DNA from: Sulfurimonadaceae bacterium
GTDB lineage: Bacteria > Campylobacterota > Campylobacteria > Campylobacterales > Sulfurimonadaceae
Length of the DNA stretch: 64,000 nucleotides
Direction: 5' to 3'
NCBI GenBank assembly: GCA_041571435.1
Contig: JBFFUI010000001.1
Span: forward strand, 64,001-128,000
The translations under genes were made by a program, and so were the position numbers. Within the stretch, counting starts at the first letter, position 1. Each line of letters begins with the position of its first letter. Under the pieces are notes generated by a model. That model was not told where the DNA came from, did not search any database, and saw only the letters and a program-made list of their open reading frames with translations. This document shows, piece by piece, positions 58,787 to 64,000 of this stretch.

Positions 58787-59830
58787 TTGAACCGCTTATT
58801 TATCGAATTCAGAGATCCACTGTTTGGTATCATCATCTTCTTTTGCCTTGTGTTTGTCATCGCGCTGATCTCCTATTGGTGGGGGCAGTTCAAGCGCAAA
58901 GAGGAGTCCTATCGCCTTGAGAGTTTTCTTGATGTCTTTAACTCCATGCCGACAGAGCAGGAGTTAAGGACGCTAATGAGCTCCAATACGATCTCCGACA
59001 AATCAGCACTGATCATGGCGCAGACCTTCTATCAAAACGGTGACTACGAGAAGTGTATAGAGATCTATCTTATCATGCTCGAGATACAAAAAGATCCGAT
59101 GGAGAAGAAAGAGACCTTGTACCTTTTGGGACAGACCTATTTCAAGGCCGGTTTTCTGGAACGCGCACAAGAGATCTTCTTGCAGATCCTGAAACAGTTC
59201 CCCAGAACACCAAAAGCGCTGCGGTATCTGCTGATCATCTATGAGAAAATGCACCAATTCGACAAGGCACTTGAGGTTCTGGAACCTCTTGATGAACTGG
59301 GCATCGATAATAAAAAAGACCGCATCTACCTGCAGTGTGTCTCCATTATCCGTAGTGCACAGTACGGCGTTGATGAAAAAGCACGGCTTCTGTTGGCACT
59401 CTACCAGGAACACCATCTCTTAAGCTACCTTATCTTTGAATACCTCTTTCGCTTCACACCGGATCTGGCCTGGAAAAACCTTGACTTAGGTGAGGCTGAA
59501 CGCATCGTCGACATACTCTGGAATGCGCGTGAGGCTGAGGCTAATTTGGATATAATTTCATCTAACAGTTATCTGCGTGAGCTCTTTAGCGCCAAGGGGC
59601 TGGAGCGATTGGCACAAGAGAGCAGTATATTTGAGTTTGATATTCTGATCAAGCTCAACACAGCCGAACAGAGTGGAGCGACCTTGCAGTTCGATTACCT
59701 TTGCGGCGAGTGCAAACAGATCTATCCATTCAGCTTTCACAGATGCCCAAACTGCCACAGTATCGACTCGGTTGTGACCGAGATACTTTTAACAAAGGAT
59801 CAAATTGAAGCAAATTACTCTCTTCAGTGA
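58787..59830 (+). CDS. TPR protein with C-terminal CxxC..CxxC (LapB/YciM-like)
   Basis: N-terminal TM; TPRs (LG.TYFKAGFLERA); CGEC and CPNC. Confidence 0.75.
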   Translation: MNRLFIEFRDPLFGIIIFFCLVFVIALISYWWGQFKRKEESYRLESFLDVFNSMPTEQELRTLMSSNTISDKSALIMAQTFYQNGDYEKCIEIYLIMLEIQKDPMEKKETLYLLGQTYFKAGFLERAQEIFLQILKQFPRTPKALRYLLIIYEKMHQFDKALEVLEPLDELGIDNKKDRIYLQCVSIIRSAQYGVDEKARLLLALYQEHHLLSYLIFEYLFRFTPDLAWKNLDLGEAERIVDILWNAREAEANLDIISSNSYLRELFSAKGLERLAQESSIFEFDILIKLNTAEQSGATLQFDYLCGECKQIYPFSFHRCPNCHSIDSVVTEILLTKDQIEANYSLQ

Positions 59831-60236
59831 CGGTAGTGCCCTGGGCAATCCCGGTCCCGGTGGTTATGGGACGATCCTGCGCTATCATAACAGTGAACGC
59901 ATCCTCAGCGGCGGTGAAGCCCATACAACCAATAACCGCATGGAGCTGCTGGGTGTCATCGAAGGGTTGAGAGCACTCAAAGAGCCCTGCGCGGTCGAAG
60001 TGATATCGGACTCCTCCTATGTTGTCAAAGGGATCAATGAGTGGCTCGATGGCTGGATCAAAAGGGGCTTTAAAAAAGTCAAGAACCCCGATCTTTGGCA
60101 TGAATACCTGAAGGCAGCCGAGCCTCATCAGGTCCACGGCACCTGGGTCAGAGGTCATGACGGTCATGATGAGAACGAGCGGTGCGACGACATCGCCCGT
60201 GCCAAAGCCGAAGAGTTTAAAGCACTCCTGAACTAA
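59805..60236 (+). CDS. rnhA: Ribonuclease HI
   Basis: [40 protein letters not shown]. Confidence 0.96.
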   Translation: MKQITLFSDGSALGNPGPGGYGTILRYHNSERILSGGEAHTTNNRMELLGVIEGLRALKEPCAVEVISDSSYVVKGINEWLDGWIKRGFKKVKNPDLWHEYLKAAEPHQVHGTWVRGHDGHDENERCDDIARAKAEEFKALLN

Positions 60237-60253
60237 ATTTTGAAAGGTTACAG

Positions 60254-60934
60254 ATGGAAGATATAAAAAAGCTGGAAGATCGACTTAACTACAGTTTTAA
60301 AAACAAAAAGCTCATTATTGAAGCGCTGACGCACAAAAGCTATAAACAGCCCTACAATAATGAACGTTTAGAGTTTTTGGGAGACGCGGTACTCGACCTC
60401 ATCGTCGGACAGTACCTTTTTGAGAAGTTCCCCAATCATGACGAAGGCAAGCTCTCGAAGATGCGCGCCTCCCTTGTCAACGAAGAGGGGTTTACACGGC
60501 TGGCCGAGCATCTTGGGTTGGGCGAACAGCTCTTTATGTCCAATGCCGAAGAGAACAACGGCGGGCGCTCCAAACCCTCCCTCCTCTCCAATGCCTTCGA
60601 AGCGATCATCGGGGCATTCTACCTCGAAGCGGGCCTGGAGCAGGCGAGAAAGATCAGTATCAGCCTCCTCGAAGAGGTCCACCCCGACATCTCGCTTGAC
60701 ACCCTCTTTAAAGATTACAAGACCACGCTTCAGGAGATGACGCAGGCGCTCTTCGGTACAACACCAGAGTATAAACTCGTCGGTTCACACGGACCCGACC
60801 ATAAAAAAGAGTTTGAGATCGCCGTCTTTGTGGACGACAAAGAGTACGCCCGCGCAAGTGGAAAAAGCAAAAAGATAGCCCAGCAAGAGGCTGCATCCAT
60901 TGCGATCAATCTGTTAAATAGAGGTGAATCATGA
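60254..60934 (+). CDS. rnc: Ribonuclease III
   Basis: [12 protein letters not shown] plus dsRBD ([20 protein letters not shown]). Confidence 0.97.
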   Translation: MEDIKKLEDRLNYSFKNKKLIIEALTHKSYKQPYNNERLEFLGDAVLDLIVGQYLFEKFPNHDEGKLSKMRASLVNEEGFTRLAEHLGLGEQLFMSNAEENNGGRSKPSLLSNAFEAIIGAFYLEAGLEQARKISISLLEEVHPDISLDTLFKDYKTTLQEMTQALFGTTPEYKLVGSHGPDHKKEFEIAVFVDDKEYARASGKSKKIAQQEAASIAINLLNRGES

Positions 60935-62007
60935 ACCGTTTCGGCATCCGCTTTAGCTTCTCGACATTCGGGGAGTCGCACGGCAAGGCTATCGGCTGTC
61001 TGATCGATGGTGTACCGGCAGGACTCACTATCGATGAGGCCTATATTCAGGCCCAGCTTGACCGTCGCAAACCCGGTCAAAACGAATATGCCACTGCCCG
61101 CAAAGAGGCCGACAGTGTTGAGATCCTGAGCGGTGTGTTCGAAGGTAAAAGTACCGGGACCCCTATTGCGATGGTCATCTACAACACCAACCAGAAGTCC
61201 AAAGATTACTCCAATATCAAAGACACCTTCCGACCCGGTCATGCCGACTTTACCTACTGGCACAAATACGGTATCCGCGATTACCGCGGCGGCGGACGCT
61301 CTTCGGCGCGCGAAACAGCGGCAAGGGTAGCAGCCGGCGCCGTTGCCAAGATGATGTTGAATGAGCTCGACATCAGTGTCGAAAGCGGCATCACGGAGAT
61401 CGCCGGGATCCAGGCTGAGGCATTGGACTACAGTTATGTTGCAGGCAGCGAGATCTACGCTTTGGACAAAGGTGTTGAACAGGCACAAAAAGACGCGATC
61501 CTCGAAGCCAAGAGCCGCCATGATTCTGTCGGCGGTGTGGCGCAGGTCAGAATGACTAATCTGCCTATTGGTCTGGGCGAGCCGCTCTACTATAAACTCG
61601 ACGGTGTCCTTGCCGAAGCGATGATGGGTATCAATGCGGTCAAGGCTGTTGAGATCGGTGACGGTGCGGCAAGTGCCAAAGCCTTTGGCTCGACCAACAA
61701 CGATCCGATCCGAAACAGCGGTTTTGAATCTAACCACGCCGGCGGTATCCTCGGTGGTATCAGCAACGGTGAGGAGGTCCGCATCAACGTCTACTTCAAA
61801 CCGACCCCTTCCATCTTTATGGAACAGCATACCACGACAACAAATGATGAAGAGGTAGACTTCGCTCTAAAAGGCCGTCATGACCCTTGTGTCGCTATCC
61901 GCGGATCTGTCGTTGCTGAAGCAATGGCGGCACTCGTCGTTGCTGATATGGTACTGCTCAATATGGGACGGACTATGGATGGTGTTAAAGGGTACTATAA
62001 AGCGTAG
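60931..62007 (+). CDS. aroC: Chorismate synthase
   Basis: [42 protein letters not shown]. Confidence 0.97.
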   Translation: MNRFGIRFSFSTFGESHGKAIGCLIDGVPAGLTIDEAYIQAQLDRRKPGQNEYATARKEADSVEILSGVFEGKSTGTPIAMVIYNTNQKSKDYSNIKDTFRPGHADFTYWHKYGIRDYRGGGRSSARETAARVAAGAVAKMMLNELDISVESGITEIAGIQAEALDYSYVAGSEIYALDKGVEQAQKDAILEAKSRHDSVGGVAQVRMTNLPIGLGEPLYYKLDGVLAEAMMGINAVKAVEIGDGAASAKAFGSTNNDPIRNSGFESNHAGGILGGISNGEEVRINVYFKPTPSIFMEQHTTTTNDEEVDFALKGRHDPCVAIRGSVVAEAMAALVVADMVLLNMGRTMDGVKGYYKA

Positions 62008-62034
62008 CGCTTTCGTATCTTAGCAGACTGGGTA

Positions 62035-62643
62035 CTACTTCCTGTTTGGCAATCCCGGTGTTGCTTTGTCCAGCGTCTCCAAAAGATGCTGTTCTCTCTC
62101 TTCGGAGAGCTTCCCGCTGGCAATGGTGTCGAGGATCTTCTCAGCCATCTTGACCTGAAGCTCTTTCTCGCGAATAAACATCTCTTTCTGCAACTCGTTT
62201 TCGTGCATCATTAGTTTGTCTTCACGGCGTTTTTTAAAGATATAAAAAGCAAGCGCCAAAAAGGAGAGCGTCGCGAGTGCTGCAACAAGAAGCGTGCTGT
62301 TTTTAAAGGCGAACTCGCTCTCTTGTACAAAGACAGAGAGATTATGCTCTTTGAGAGCCATCTCGTTTTGCGTTTTGAGTTCGCTCAGTCTTGTCTCCTG
62401 CTCCATCTTATGAAGTGCCATATCCCGCTCTTTGTTGATCTTGGCGATCTCTTTTTGGGTCTCAGCTTCGATCGCCGCTATCGTAACGGCACTGCTCTGG
62501 TTTTTACTTGCGACGGTATGGACCCGTTTTTTATCCGTCGGCTTTTCGCCCATTATGTACGGCTCTTGTCGGTTATTGTCTCCGCAGCCCGCAATAAATG
62601 CAGCCAGGATCAGTAAAATAGTGTATCTATATACCTGTTTCAT
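62035..62643 (-). CDS. Putative lipoprotein with internal TM and coiled coils
   Basis: Start ATG 62643; lipobox FIAG-C; coiled coil, TM (LLVAALATLSFLALAFYIF), then coiled coil. Confidence 0.65.
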   Translation of the reverse strand: MKQVYRYTILLILAAFIAGCGDNNRQEPYIMGEKPTDKKRVHTVASKNQSSAVTIAAIEAETQKEIAKINKERDMALHKMEQETRLSELKTQNEMALKEHNLSVFVQESEFAFKNSTLLVAALATLSFLALAFYIFKKRREDKLMMHENELQKEMFIREKELQVKMAEKILDTIASGKLSEEREQHLLETLDKATPGLPNRK

Positions 62644-62686
62644 AACGGTTATTCTACACAACTGTCGGTAAATACCTTCTCGTGAT

Positions 62687-64000
62687 CTACAGGTGTTTGT
62701 CAAACCAGCTTGCCACCTCACTACGGATGGTGTGGCGCAGCTGGATACCCGCTACGAAATCCGTCTGTTTAGCTTTTTGCAGCAGTGTGACAAGTGCATT
62801 GCGCCGTTTGGACAGGAACGGGTGATCGATCTGATGCGGATCACCCATGACGACCAGACGCGTCTCATCACCCATACGGGTACCGATCAGTTTCAGTGTC
62901 GCGTTGGTCATGTTCTGTGCTTCATCGATAATGACAAATTTTCGTGAAATCGTCGTACCGCGAAGGTGGGCGATGTCCATCACTTCGATGTTGTACTTTG
63001 CCATGAACTGCTCCGTCGCGTTTTCACGTTGGATGGAGTTCGTAGTTCCTGTAAACTCCACCTGCGCATCGATGGAGTGTTTTGTCTGATGTTCAATCGT
63101 AAAATTGACCGCAGAATAGAGCGGATACATAAAGTAGCCCAATTTCTGTTCCTGGTCCCCTTTACGAAAACCCAATTCAGCCTGAGGATCACTTGCTGTC
63201 ACGGTGTTGCGTGCATAGACGATCCCCTCGACGATCCCCTCTTTTACCATCTCCAAACCGGCCTGGAGTGCAATCAGTGTCTTCCCCGAACCTGTTGATC
63301 CTGCAACAACTGTCACGCTGTTCTGGGGGTGTGTCAGTATGGAGTAATAAAACTTCTGTTCTAAGTTGATAGGACGGACCAGGTTCTCGTCAAAATACTC
63401 ACCGAAGCGTTTATCAAAGTCGCACCACTCCAGATGGTTATTCACATTCATTGCATACCGTTGAATACCCGTCTCGTACAACTCGTTCTGTTCGCTGCTT
63501 GCTTTCTCTATAAAGGTGATCTGCTCAAAATTGTGATGCTCATCGTCATCATCGATCTTGGGTTCATCATGATAGTAGTAGCAGTGTGCAAATTCTATGT
63601 TGTCGGCATTTTCAACACGCGAATTACGTATAGACTCCGTAGGGATGCCCTGCACTTCGGCCGCGATCTTGAACGAGATATCATTGGTCAACAGCGAAAG
63701 GCTATAATCCTTGGCAATTTCACCGATTTTGGCATCGTTCAGTCCTTTTGCTTCGCTGAAGGTCCTATCCATCCGGTAGTCACTGCGATAGACAATATAG
63801 AGAGGAATCTCATTGTCATAGTCATGATTGCCCAGCACAGAGGGCTCAAACGGCAGGACTAAGCGGTAATAGAGGTCGTCTTTACAGGCCGCATTACTTG
63901 CGCCCTTTTTTAGACAACCCGGCAGCTCTTCAGAGGTGATCATTCCGCTCTTGTCATTATCCGAAAGCCTGAAAAACTCTCTTGCGCGAAAGCCGGCATC
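62687..64000 (-). CDS. PhoH-family ATPase with N-terminal PIN-like domain (5' end outside window)
   Basis: Frame open to the window edge (DAGFRAREFFR..); LLTND; GSTGSGKT, LRGTT, IIDEAQN, GD..QID, RS. Confidence 0.88.
   Translation of the reverse strand, partial: DAGFRAREFFRLSDNDKSGMITSEELPGCLKKGASNAACKDDLYYRLVLPFEPSVLGNHDYDNEIPLYIVYRSDYRMDRTFSEAKGLNDAKIGEIAKDYSLSLLTNDISFKIAAEVQGIPTESIRNSRVENADNIEFAHCYYYHDEPKIDDDDEHHNFEQITFIEKASSEQNELYETGIQRYAMNVNNHLEWCDFDKRFGEYFDENLVRPINLEQKFYYSILTHPQNSVTVVAGSTGSGKTLIALQAGLEMVKEGIVEGIVYARNTVTASDPQAELGFRKGDQEQKLGYFMYPLYSAVNFTIEHQTKHSIDAQVEFTGTTNSIQRENATEQFMAKYNIEVMDIAHLRGTTISRKFVIIDEAQNMTNATLKLIGTRMGDETRLVVMGDPHQIDHPFLSKRRNALVTLLQKAKQTDFVAGIQLRHTIRSEVASWFDKHL

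Noticed and set aside
1-64000. CRISPR arrays, rRNA, prophage, IS elements, known riboswitches
   Set aside because: No spaced direct repeats, rRNA-like tracts, phage or transposase genes, or recognisable aptamer consensus seen by eye; an Rfam scan would be needed to exclude riboswitches

Overview
64-kb chromosomal window from a Campylobacterota (Epsilonproteobacteria) bacterium, most likely a Sulfurimonas-like sulfur oxidiser. This is inferred from gene content and synteny: thrS-infC, rpsT-prfA/glmM-lspA, speE-like-coaE-dapF/purM, rnhA-rnc-aroC, mlaA-mlaC-MMPL and a Tat-type SQR. Accessory blocks sit among the housekeeping genes. (1) A minus-strand cluster: sodB, a cytochrome b5-DUF2231-2-oxoacid oxidoreductase alpha fusion, the beta subunit, a small protein, two C-x-C-x33-C-x2-H paralogues and ald. 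It is bracketed by a truncated hemerythrin and by an unannotated relic of the nitrogenase nifK 3' end, i.e. an apparently deleted nif region. (2) Tandem plsC paralogues and a 12-gene type II secretion operon. (3) A 10-gene cluster coupling glucosylglycerate synthesis and phosphorolysis to the Entner-Doudoroff pathway, with no glucokinase or sugar transporter. (4) A decayed Ig-domain/lipase cassette. (5) A serine-resolvase homologue lacking its catalytic serine, translationally coupled to ccoG. RNA-level observations: tRNA-Val(GAC) with C at the near-invariant U33, a thrS leader hairpin carrying a Thr-anticodon-like CGU loop, and a structured rpmI-rplT spacer. No CRISPR array, rRNA, integrase or transposase was seen. 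All homology calls come from motif recognition, not database searches.
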